Positions 42,586 to 52,400 of a DNA stretch of 64,000 nucleotides are shown here, piece by piece. The notes beneath the pieces are model-generated. The model did not search any database and was not told where the DNA came from. It worked only from the letters and a program-made list of their open reading frames with translations. The DNA is taken from assembly GCA_964202905.1 (NCBI GenBank), contig CAXNJO010000005.1, positions 64,001-128,000 on the forward strand. Reading direction: 5' to 3'. Source of the stretch: Polyangiales bacterium (lineage in GTDB: Bacteria > Myxococcota_A > Polyangia > Polyangiales > JADJQN01). Both the position numbers and the translations under genes were made by a program. Within the stretch, counting starts at the first letter, position 1. Each line of letters opens with the position of its first letter.

Positions 42586-44103
42586 GTGAAGAAGCACCGC
42601 AGCGCGCTCCTGCTCGGGACGGTGCTCGTCATCTCGACGGCGGGGCTCGTCTACGAGCTGCTCGGCGGCGCGCTCGCGAGCCAGCGGCTCGGCGACTCGA
42701 TCACGCAGTTCTCGACGACCATCGGCGTCTACCTCTGCGCGATGGGCATCGGCGCGTGGCTCTCCGGCCACGTGCGCACGCGCCTCGCCGAGCGCTTCGT
42801 CGACATCGAGCTCGCGACCGCGCTCATCGGCGGTTTCGAGGCGCCCCTGCTCTGGCTCGCGGCCGGACACGCGGGCTCCTACCGCGTCGTGCTCTACGGC
42901 GTGCTCGCGCTCATCGGCGCGCTCGTCGGCCTCGAGATCCCGCTGATGATGCGGATCCTCCGCGAGGAGCTGCCCTTCGAGGCGCTCGTCGCGCGCGTGC
43001 TGACCTTCGACTACATCGGCGCGCTCGTCGGCTCGCTCGCCTTCGCGCTCGTGCTCGTGCCGACGCTCGGCATGCTGCGCACCTCGCTCGCGCTCGGCCT
43101 GCTCAACGCGGGCGTGGCGCTGCTCTCGACCTGGGTGCTCGACGACCTGATCCCGCCGCGGGTGCGGCTGCGGCAGCGGCTCCTCGCGCTCGGCCTCGGC
43201 GCGACGCTCGCGGTGACCTTCGTCTTCGCGGCGCGGATCGAGCGCTTCGGCGAGGAGGAGACCTTCGGCGGCACCGTCGTCTACGCCGAGCAGACGGCCT
43301 ACCAGCGCATCGTGCTCTCGGCGCAGCGCGGCGCGCTCCAGCTCTGGCTCAACGGGCAGCTCCAGTTCAGCACCGCCGACGAGTACCGCTACCACGAGGC
43401 GCTCGTGCACCCCGCCTTCGCGAGCACCGAGAAGCGCGCGCGCGTGCTCGTGCTCGGCGGCGGGGACGGCCTCGCGGTGCGCGAGATCCTGCGCTACCCG
43501 GAGGTCCGCGAGGTCACGCTCGTCGACCTCGATCCGGGCATGACGGAGCTCGCGACGCGCGTCGCCCCGATCCGCCGACTGAACGGTGATTCACTCCGCG
43601 ACCCGCGCGTGCGCGTCGTGCACGAGGACGCCTACGTCTGGCTCGAGGCCCACCGCGGCGCGCCCTTCGATCTGGCGATCGTCGACTTCCCGGACCCGGG
43701 CAACTTCGCGCTCGGCAAGCTCTACACGGTGCGCTTCTACGAGCTGCTGCGGCGCGCGCTCGCGCCCAGCGGCCGCGTCGTCGTGCAGAGCACCTCGCCG
43801 CTCTTCGCGCGGCGCAGCTTCTGGTGCATCGCGCAGTCAATCGGCGCGGCGGGCTTCGCGACGCGGCCCTACCACGCGCTCGTGCCCTCCTTCGGCGAGT
43901 GGGGCTACGTGCTCGCCTCGCCTGTGCCCTTCGACACACCGACGCGCGTGGACGTGCGCGGGCTGCGCTTCCTGACGAGCGCGCTCCTGCCGACGCTCTT
44001 CGTCTTCGGCGCCGACACCGGCCCGCTGCCCGTCGAGGTGAATCGCCTGAACGACCAGCAGCTCGTCCGCTACTACGACGAGGAGTGGGGAGCGCTCGAG
44101 TGA
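42586..44103 (+). CDS. speE: Membrane-fused polyamine aminopropyltransferase (spermidine synthase-like)
   Basis: GLVYEL, seven N-terminal TM segments, LQFSTADEYRYHEALVHP, LGGGDG, VDFPDP. Confidence 0.93.
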   Translation: MKKHRSALLLGTVLVISTAGLVYELLGGALASQRLGDSITQFSTTIGVYLCAMGIGAWLSGHVRTRLAERFVDIELATALIGGFEAPLLWLAAGHAGSYRVVLYGVLALIGALVGLEIPLMMRILREELPFEALVARVLTFDYIGALVGSLAFALVLVPTLGMLRTSLALGLLNAGVALLSTWVLDDLIPPRVRLRQRLLALGLGATLAVTFVFAARIERFGEEETFGGTVVYAEQTAYQRIVLSAQRGALQLWLNGQLQFSTADEYRYHEALVHPAFASTEKRARVLVLGGGDGLAVREILRYPEVREVTLVDLDPGMTELATRVAPIRRLNGDSLRDPRVRVVHEDAYVWLEAHRGAPFDLAIVDFPDPGNFALGKLYTVRFYELLRRALAPSGRVVVQSTSPLFARRSFWCIAQSIGAAGFATRPYHALVPSFGEWGYVLASPVPFDTPTRVDVRGLRFLTSALLPTLFVFGADTGPLPVEVNRLNDQQLVRYYDEEWGALE

Positions 44104-45723
44104 ACCTCTCGCGGCGCGAGTGGCTCGGCTCGATCCTCGGCGCGTCGCTCGCCGGCGCGATCGCCCCGCTCGGCTGCGTGCAGGGCGAGCGCGAGCCCCC
44201 GCGCTTCGACGGCGCGCTGCTCGGCCCCGACATCCCGCGCGGCCACACGCTGCGCGCCGGACCGCGGCCCGCACCCACGACCATCGCTCAGGATGGTCCC
44301 ACGTACGATGTGATCGTCGTCGGCGGCGGCATCGCCGGGCTCTCCGCGGCGCGCGCATTGCGCCGCGCGGGCCTCGACGATCTCTGTCTGCTCGAGCTCG
44401 AGCGCGAGGTCGGCGGCACCTCGCTCGGCGGCAGCACGCGCGGCATGCCGCACCCCTGGGGCGCGCACTACCTGCCGACGCCCGCGCCCGAGGACACCGC
44501 GCTCGTCGGCCTGCTCGAGGAGATGGGCCTCGTCACCGGACGCGACGCGCGCGGCCTGCCCCGCTACGACGAGGCGCGCCTCGTGCGCGAACCCGAAGAG
44601 CGCCTCTACTACCGCGGACGATGGTACCCGGGCCTCTACCCCGCCGTCGGTGAGACGCCCGCCGAGCGCGCCGAGCGCCTGCGTTTCGACGCGCAGATGC
44701 GCGCTTTTGCGCAGCGCCGCGATGCGCAGGGCCGCCGCGCCTTCGCGAGCCCGGTGGACGCGAGCGCGCGCGACGAGGAGCTGCTCGCCCTCGACCGCGT
44801 GAGCGCCGCCGCGTGGCTCGCCGCGCAGGGCTATCGCTCGCGCCGCCTCGCGTGGTTCTGCGACTACGCCTGCCGCGACGACTTCGGCCTCACCCTCGCG
44901 CAGACCAGCGCGTGGGCGCTCGTGCACTACTTCGCCGCGCGCCTGCACGGCCGCGACGACACCGAGTCCGCGCCGCTCCTCACGTGGCCCGAGGGCAACT
45001 TCGCGCTCGTGAAACACCTGCGCGCGCAGGTCGGCGCCGCGCGCATCCGCACGGGCGTGCTCGTCACGCGCGTCGTCGAGGGCGCCGACTCCGTCACCGT
45101 CCACGCGGAAGACGCGCACGGCGCGCCGCTCGCCCTGCGCGCGCGCCGCGTCGTGCTCGCAGTGCCGCATTTTCTGGCTCAGCGACTCGTGCCGGGCACC
45201 GCGCCCATCCCGCACGCGACGCACGGCGCGTGGGTCGTCGCCAACCTCACCCTGCGCGATCGCCCCGGATTCGCCGGGCTTCCCGCTCGCGTGGGACAAC
45301 GTGCTCCACGACAGCCCCTCGCTCGGCTACGTCGTCGCGACCCACGGCGCCGGCCGCGATCACGGCCCGACCGTGTGGACGTACTACCTCCCGCTCACCG
45401 ACGACGACCCGCGCGAGGCGCGCCGCAAACTGCTCGAACACCCGCTCTCGCACTGGCAGGACGCCGCCTACGCCGACCTCGCGCGCGCGCACCGCGGCCT
45501 GCGCGAACAGATCGCCCGCATCGACGTCTGGCGCTGGGGCCACGCGATGGTGCAGCCGCGCGTCGGCGCGCTCTTCTCCGGCGAGCGCGTCGCGGCGCAG
45601 GCACCCCGCGGCCGCATCCACGTCGCGCACTCCGATCTTTCCGGCCTCGCCCTCTTCGAAGAGGCCTTCCACCAGGGCCTCCGCGCCGCCGCCGAGGTCA
45701 CCGCCGCGCTGCGGTCCGCATGA
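44100..45723 (+). CDS. Tat-exported FAD-dependent amine-oxidase-like lipoprotein (frameshift at about 45277)
   Basis: LSRREWL twin-Arg and LGC lipobox; VVGGGIAGL; WGAHYLP; DYACRDDFG; RWGHAM; HSDLSG..LFEEA. Confidence 0.85.
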
Positions 45724-46942
45724 GCGAGTCTTCCGCCAACCTTGCGCCCGGAGCGACGGATTCCGCAGCCACCGGCGCAGAATCCCATTCTCCGACTCCA
45801 TCGCTCGAATCCCACGCTTCTCCCGCGCTGAATCCCCTCGATCCGCCCACCGTCCGCCCCGCCCGGACGCTCTCGCGCGCGCTCGCAGGCGACGATCCGC
45901 GCTTCCTGTTCGGGGCGCGCGGCGATCTGCTCACCTTCGGCGGCGCCGTCGCTGCTCTCGGCCGCGCTGCTCGCGGCAGGCGCGGTGACGGGCGCGCTCG
46001 ACGCGGAGACATCCCCGCTCCTCTGGCTCGCGCTCGTCGTCGGCCTCGACGTCGCGCACGTCTGGTCGACCACGCTCCGCGTGTACCTCGACCCCGCCGA
46101 GCTGCGCCGCCGCGCCGCGCTCTACGCCGGCACGCCGCTCGCCGCGTGGCTGTTCGGCGTCGTCCTGCACGGCTTCTCCGCGGCCGTCTTCTGGCGCGTC
46201 GTCGCCTATCTCGCGGTGTGGCATTTCCTGCGGCAGCAGATCGGTTGGCTGCGATTGCTGCACCGCCGCGCCGCGGCGGGCTTCACGCACGCGCCCGCGC
46301 CCTCCGAGCGCCGCCTCGAAGAGGCCCTGCTCTGGCTCGTGATGCTCCACCCCGTCGCGCACTGGCACGCCCATCTCCCGCGCCGCTTCGCGTGGATGGT
46401 CGAGGGCGATTTCGTCCGCGGCCTCGATCCGCGCATCGTGACCGCCCTCGGCGCCCTCACCGCCCTCGTCGCGCTCGCCTGGCTCATGACGCAACTCCGC
46501 ACCACCGCGCGCGGCCGCCCGCCGGCGTGGGGCCGCTGGCTGCTCCTCGGCGCGACGGCCTTCGCCTGGTACGCGGGCCTCGTCGCCTTCGACTCCGACT
46601 ACGCCTTCACCGTCACCAACATCCCCCTCCACGCCCTCCCCTACGCGTGGCTCGCCGTCCGCTACGCCCGCAGCCCGCGTCGCCGAGCCCGGCGCGCCCC
46701 CGCTGCTCTCGCGGCTCGTTCGCACCGGCCCCTTCGCCATCGCCGCCCTCCTCATCCTCGTCGCCCTGCTCGAGGAGGCCGGCTGGGACCGCCTCGTCTG
46801 GCACGATCACCCGCAATTCTTCGGCCCCTCGTCACCCCTCGACGACGCGTGGGTCGCCCTCCTCGCCCCGCTCCTCGCCGTCCCGCAGCTCACGCACTAC
46901 GTGCTGGATGGCTTCGTGTGGCGCCGAGAAGGGAATGAGTAG
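45720..46942 (+). CDS. Polytopic membrane protein with conserved His motifs (frameshifts at about 45950 and 46680)
   Basis: DVAHVWSTTLRVY, WHFLRQQIG, TNIPLHALPY, PQLTHYVLDGFVW; ATGA overlap with the oxidase gene. Confidence 0.7.
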
Positions 46943-46985
46943 CACACGGCGAAGAGCAGTTTTGCGCGGTGCTCCAGAATCCCAT

Positions 46986-47063
46986 TCAGCCCGTCATCGC
47001 AACGACCTCGCGGAGCCGCGCCGGAAACAACACGTTCGCGTCGTAGACAACGATCGGCGTCAT
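46986..47063 (-). pseudogene. Truncated PIN-domain (VapC-like) toxin, N-terminus only
   Basis: MTPIVVYDANVLFPARLRE matches a PIN N-terminal motif and stops after 25 aa; sits directly after the Xis-like gene. Confidence 0.7.
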
Positions 47064-47068
47064 CGTGC

Positions 47069-47518
47069 TCAGCAGCCGAGCCCGTACCTCTGCGCCTCTG
47101 CGGCGAGCTCTTCGGCGACCGCGCGGCGGCCAGCATCGTCGCGCTCCTCGTAGGCCACGAGATCCGTCATGCGCACACGCCGGTGCGTGCCGACCTTGCG
47201 ATACGGATTGGCCCGCGCATCCAGCAGACCGATCAGGAAGGGACGCGACACGTTCAGATGGTCCGCCGCCTGCTGTGTCGTCAGCTCGGCCTCCGCAGGG
47301 ACGATGGTCACGGCGCTGCCACCCGCCATCTGCCCGAGCACCTCGAGCAACGGGCCCAACGCCTCCGCCGGCAGCGCGACCGACACCCGCTTCCCACCCG
47401 ACGACCGCACCGAGACCCGCGCCTCGACCGGCCCGGCCGCGCTCACCGGCTGCAACACCCGCAGCGCCTTGCGGGCGCGCTCCGGCATCTCGGGGCTCTT
47501 CTCGCGCAGCAGCGGCAT
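47069..47518 (-). CDS. Excisionase-like (HTH_17) DNA-binding protein, putative antitoxin
   Basis: ELTTQQAADHLNVSRPFLIGLLD…KVGTHRRV; GGAGG SD. Confidence 0.88.
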   Translation of the reverse strand: MPLLREKSPEMPERARKALRVLQPVSAAGPVEARVSVRSSGGKRVSVALPAEALGPLLEVLGQMAGGSAVTIVPAEAELTTQQAADHLNVSRPFLIGLLDARANPYRKVGTHRRVRMTDLVAYEERDDAGRRAVAEELAAEAQRYGLGC

Positions 47519-47561
47519 CGCGACTCCTCCCGACGCGACGATGGATGCCCAGCGAGACAGA

Positions 47562-47597
47562 CGCAACATCCGCAACGAACGCAACCATCGAAACGGA
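47562..47597. promoter_or_regulatory. Four 9-bp-period direct repeats CG(C/A)AAC-NNN upstream of the Xis-like gene
   Basis: cgcaacatc cgcaacgaa cgcaaccat cgaaacgga. Confidence 0.6.
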
Positions 47598-47635
47598 GTT
47601 CCCGCGCCACCGCCACGCGGCGGGCGCATGCAGCG

Positions 47636-47694
47636 ACTACCCAGACAACTACCCACATGCTACCCTGATCGCCACCCCGATGACGACCCAGAAA
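47636..47694 (+). repeat. About five 12-bp direct repeats (RCNACCC(A/T/C)GA..) spanning the AlbA_2 gene start
   Basis: actacccagaca actacccacat gctaccctgatc gccaccccgatg acgacccagaaa. Confidence 0.7.
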
Positions 47695-49248
47695 CCCCGG
47701 CGCCCGCCACGCGCAGGCGCTCCGAAGCAGGTCGGCACACGCCCGACGAAGACGAACGCCCTCGCCCGGGAGATCGCGCTTGGCGAGGACAGCACGCGTC
47801 AGTTCAAGCGCGACATCACCCACGCCGACGCGCTCGCCGCCGAGATGGCCGCCTTCGCGAACGCGGAGGGCGGCACGCTCTACCTCGGCGTCGCGGACGA
47901 CGGCTCCACGCCAGGGCTCGCGCCCGACGACGTGAAGCGGCTCAACCAGCTCATCGGCAACGTCGCGAACCACGCGGTGCGCAGCGCGCTCACCGTCTCG
48001 ACGAAGAACGTCGCGTTCCCCAACGGGCGCATCGTCATCGTGGTCACCGTCCCGAAGGGGCTCGACAAACCCTATTTCGATCGGAGCGGCGTGATCTGGC
48101 TCAAGGCGGGGGCCGACAAGCGCCGCATCAACTCCCGCGAAGAGCTGCGCCGCTTCTTCCAGCTCACCGACCCGTTTCACGCCGACGAGCTGCCGACGAA
48201 GGCAATCCTCGATGCGCTCGACGCGGTGCGTTTCCGCGACTTCCTGCGCGACACCTACGATCAGCCGCTGCCGTCACGCGCGAGCGACCGGCTCCGCCTG
48301 CTCGTGAACCTGAACCTCGCGACGCACTCGGGTGCGCTCAACCTCGCGGGTCTGCTGCTCTTCGGCGAGCAGCCTCAGCGCTTCAAGCCGCAGTTCGTCG
48401 TGAAATCGGTCGCCTATCCGGGCCGCGACATCCACGTGTCGGCCTACGAGGACACCGAGGACTTCGCCGGTCCGCTCCGCCGCGTGTTCGACGGCGCGCT
48501 CGCCTTCATCCTGCGCAACCTCCGCAAAGTGCAGGGCGGACACGGCGTGAACAGCCCTGGCACGCCCGAAGTTCCGCCCATCGTCTTCGAAGAGCTGCTC
48601 GTCAACGCGCTCGTGCACCGCGACTACCTCGTGAGCGCGCCCATCCGCATCTTCGTCTTCGACGATCGCGTCGACATCATCAGCCCCGGCACGCTGCCCA
48701 ATCACCTCACCGTCGCCAACATCCGCGTCGGCAACTCCAACCTGCGCAATCCCATCCTCGCGAGCTTCGCCGCCAAAGGCCTGCTGCCCTATCGCGGCCT
48801 CGGCTCGGGCATCCCGCGCGCCCTCGAGGCCTGGCCCGACATCACCTTCCGCGACGACCGCGACGGCGCCCTGTTCGTCGCCTCCGTGTCGCGCGCGCGG
48901 GCAGGCCGCGTCCGCGACGCACAGGCCCCCGGGCTCGCGCGCACCCCCACCCCGGCACGCCCCACCCCGTTTCCGGGCACGACCCTGATCACTCCCCAGA
49001 TCACGACCCCGAGCCCGACCCGGGATATCCCCTGGACTCTTCTCTCGCTGCTCCGCGCCGAGCCCCGCGCGACCCGCAACACCCTTGCCTCGGCTGTCGG
49101 CCTCACCCCGGATGGCGTGAAATACCACCTGCGCCGCCTCCGCGACGCGGGGCTCCTGCGCCGCATCGGCCCCGACCACGGCGGCCACTGGGAAGTGCGC
49201 GACCCCGCCCCCCCCGCGCCCCCGAGCCGCCGCGCACCCCGGCGCTGA
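47680..49248 (+). CDS. AlbA_2 (Schlafen-like) + RecG_C/HATPase_c_4 + C-terminal winged-HTH protein
   Basis: GEDSTRQFKR, AFANAEGGTLYLGVADDG, ELLVNALVHRDY, FDDRVDIISPG, RNPILA, GLGSGI, VKYHLRRLRDAGLLRRIGPDHGGHWEV. Confidence 0.88.
   Translation: MTTQKPRRPPRAGAPKQVGTRPTKTNALAREIALGEDSTRQFKRDITHADALAAEMAAFANAEGGTLYLGVADDGSTPGLAPDDVKRLNQLIGNVANHAVRSALTVSTKNVAFPNGRIVIVVTVPKGLDKPYFDRSGVIWLKAGADKRRINSREELRRFFQLTDPFHADELPTKAILDALDAVRFRDFLRDTYDQPLPSRASDRLRLLVNLNLATHSGALNLAGLLLFGEQPQRFKPQFVVKSVAYPGRDIHVSAYEDTEDFAGPLRRVFDGALAFILRNLRKVQGGHGVNSPGTPEVPPIVFEELLVNALVHRDYLVSAPIRIFVFDDRVDIISPGTLPNHLTVANIRVGNSNLRNPILASFAAKGLLPYRGLGSGIPRALEAWPDITFRDDRDGALFVASVSRARAGRVRDAQAPGLARTPTPARPTPFPGTTLITPQITTPSPTRDIPWTLLSLLRAEPRATRNTLASAVGLTPDGVKYHLRRLRDAGLLRRIGPDHGGHWEVRDPAPPAPPSRRAPRR
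48979..49014 (+). repeat. Three 12-bp repeats (TTLI-TPQI-TTPS) shortly before the wHTH; same motif as 47636-47694
   Basis: acgaccctgatc actccccagatc acgaccccgagc. Confidence 0.65.
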
Positions 49249-49403
49249 ACCGAGCGCGCAACCCCTGCGGCCTCACCCATCGTCCCGCGCCTTCCCCTGC
49301 GCGTGGCTCGCCTTCCGTTACGCCCGCAGCCGCGTCACCGAGTCCGGCACGCCCCCGCTGCCCTCCCGCCCCGGCCGCACACGACCGCACGCGCATCGCC
49401 TCG

Positions 49404-52400
49404 TCAGAACACGTACACCGCGCCCGAGTCGGTGGCGGCGTTACTCGTCTGATCGCCGCCGATGCCCGTCGCAGCCGAGTCTTCGAACCACGCGCCAACC
49501 GCGAGCGTCGCACCATCACCAGACAGTGCGACGGACGTCCCGAATAGATCGTTAAAACCGGTATTCGACGCCTTCACGTAGGCCTCCTGCGCCCATACGC
49601 CGCCCACGCTCCGCCGAAACACGTAGACCGCGCCCGAACTAGAAAACGCGTTGCTCGCCTGATCGCCACCGACGCCCGTCGCGGCCGAGCCCTCGTTATG
49701 CGCACCGACAGCCAGCGTCGCACCATCGCCAGACAGTGCGACGGAAGACCCGAAATAATCGTCCGAACCGGTATTCGACGCCTTCACATAGGCCTCCTGC
49801 GCCCATACGCCGCCCACGCTCCGCCGAAACACGTAGACCGCGCCCGACTCCGAAGCCGCGTTGCTCGCCTGATCGCCACCGACGCCCGTCGCGGCCGAGT
49901 CCTCGTTATGCGCGCCGACAGCCAGCGTCGCACCATCGCCAGACAGTGCGACGGAGTACCCGAAATAGTCGTTCGAATCGGTATTCGACGCCTTCACGTA
50001 GGCCTCCTGCGCCCATACGCCGCCCACGCTCCGCCGAAACACGTACACCGCGCCCGAAACCGAAGCCGCGTTGCTCGTCTGATCGCCACCGACGCCCGTC
50101 GCGGCCGAGTCCTCGAACCACGCGCCGACCGCCAGCGTCGCACCATCGCCAGACAGTGCGACGGACTGCCCGAAAAGATCAGCCGAACCGGTATTCGACG
50201 CCTTCACGTAGGCCTCCTGCGCCCACACGCCGCCCACGCTCCGCCGAAACACGTACACCGCGCCCGAAACCGAAGCCGCGTTGCTCGTCTGATCCCCACC
50301 GACGCCCGTCGCGGCCGAGGCCTCGCGTAACGCGCTGACAGCCAGCGTCGCACCATCGCCAGACAGTGCGACGGAGTACCCGAAATAATCTTGGATGCCG
50401 GTATTCGACGCCTTCACGTAGGCCTCCTGCGCCCATACGCCGCCCACGCTCCGCCGAAACACGTAGACCGCGCCCGACTCCCGCGACGTGTTGCTCGCCT
50501 GGTCGCCACCGACGCCCCTCGCAGCCGAGGCCTCAAGACACGCACCGACCGCCAGCGTCGCACCATCGCCAGACAGTGCGACGGAACACCCGAACTGATC
50601 GCGAGAACCGGTATTCGACGCCTTCACGTAGGCCTCCTGCGCCCATACGCCGCCCACGCTCCGCCGAAACACGTAGACCGCGCCCGACTCCGAAGCCGCG
50701 TTGCTCGCCTGATCGCCACCGACGCCCGTCGCGGCCGAGTCCTCGTTATGCGCGCCGACAGCCAGCGTCGCACCATCGCCAGACAGGGCGACAGAATACC
50801 CGAAGGAATCGTTCGAACCGGTATTCGACGCCTTGATGTACATGCTGCTCTTCGTAACGACGACATCATAGATTCGCGACATGCCATCTGTTGCTGTCAC
50901 GCGAATCGCAATCGCAGACACAACACCCGTCAGCGCTGCGCTCACACTCCCCCCACTGCTCACCGCCGTCCCATTCACCGTGATCGCCAATCCCGCCGGG
51001 CACGCGACCGTCGGCTGCACGACGCAGCTCGTCGCGCCCGAGGCCGCCGTCACTCGGTACATCGTCGTCGCCGGGTCGAACACCGGTGACAAAGCGCCAC
51101 ACGAGATCGTCAATCCCGACAACGCGGGCACGACGTCGTCGCTGAATCCGTCGCAATCATCATCGGCGCCGTTGCACGTCTCGACGCTCGGCGCGACACC
51201 TGTGCAGGCCGTCCAGCCCGTGCCGGTGCAGGTCTGGGTGCCGTTCGTGCAGACACCCACGCTCAAGCCGCACGAGCGCGTCGAGCCCGGCGTGCAGGTG
51301 CACGATTCATCGACGGTGCCGTCGCAATCGTCGTCGAGGCCGTTGCAGATCTCGGGCGCGCCCGGGCGCACGGTGTTCGCGGCGTCGTTGCAATCGGTGC
51401 TGTTCGCCACGTAGCCCACCGGCGCGGTGCAGGCCGCGCGCGCGACGCCGGCACCGAAGCCGTCGGCGTCGGTGTCGGGGTAGTAGTTCGTCGTCACGCC
51501 GTCGTCGGCCGTGCCGTCGCAGTCCTGGTCGAGGCCGTCGCACGCCTCGCGCGCGGCGCGGTGCCCGAGCACGTGCCCCACATGCCGCCGCTGCACGTCT
51601 GCGAGCCCACCGTGCAGAGGCCCACGCTCGAGCCGCAGGCCTGCGTCGCGCCGTTCGTGCACATGCAGCCGTTGTCGACGGTGCCATTGCAGTCGTTGTC
51701 GATCGCACCGTCGCACTGCTCCGGCGCGCCCGGGTAGATGACATCGTCCGCGTCGTTGCAATCACTGTTATTGAGGACGAAACCCACGGGAGCCGAGCAC
51801 GCGAGCGTTGCCATCCCCGCGCCGAACGTGTCGGCATCGGCGTCGCGGTAATAGGCTGTCTGCACGCCGTCGTCGACGGCGCCGTCGCAATCCTCGTCGA
51901 TCAGATTGCAGATTTCCGGAGCAGACGGTCGGATGGCGGGGTTGATGTCGTTGCAATCCAGCGTCGGGGTGTTCGTGTAGCCGGCCGGGCAACCGCCGAA
52001 CGCGATGCGCGACGCGTCGAAACACTGCGCCGTCGTGGCACCGACGCCGAAGCCGTCGGAGTCCGCGTCCACGCGGCAACCGAAGGCGGTGACGAGGCCG
52101 TCGTCGACGAGCCCGTTGCAGTTGTCGTCGAGCCCATTGCACGCCTCCGCGACGGGCATACCGGACACCGCCGAACACACCAGCATCCCACTGCCGCAAG
52201 CCAGTGTGCCGCTGCGCGCGCACGAGCCCACGCCGTTGGTACACGCATCGCCGAGACCGAGGACGTCGTCGACGACCCCGTCACAGTCGTTGTCGAGCGT
52301 GTCGCAGCGCTCGATTCCGTCGGGGCGAATCTCTGCAATCGAATCGTTGCAATCCAGCGGAGAGGCCGAGTTCGTATACCCCGCGGGGCAGAAGCCCACG

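Noticed and set aside
47069..47518. Xis-like gene as evidence of a prophage or ICE
   Set aside because: No integrase, tRNA att site, phage or conjugation genes; the xis-PIN arrangement explains it.
49407..50840. 210-bp repeats as a CRISPR array or a DGR
   Set aside because: The units are in-frame coding blades, not repeat-spacer pairs. There is no cas gene or reverse transcriptase in the window, and no separate template repeat is visible.
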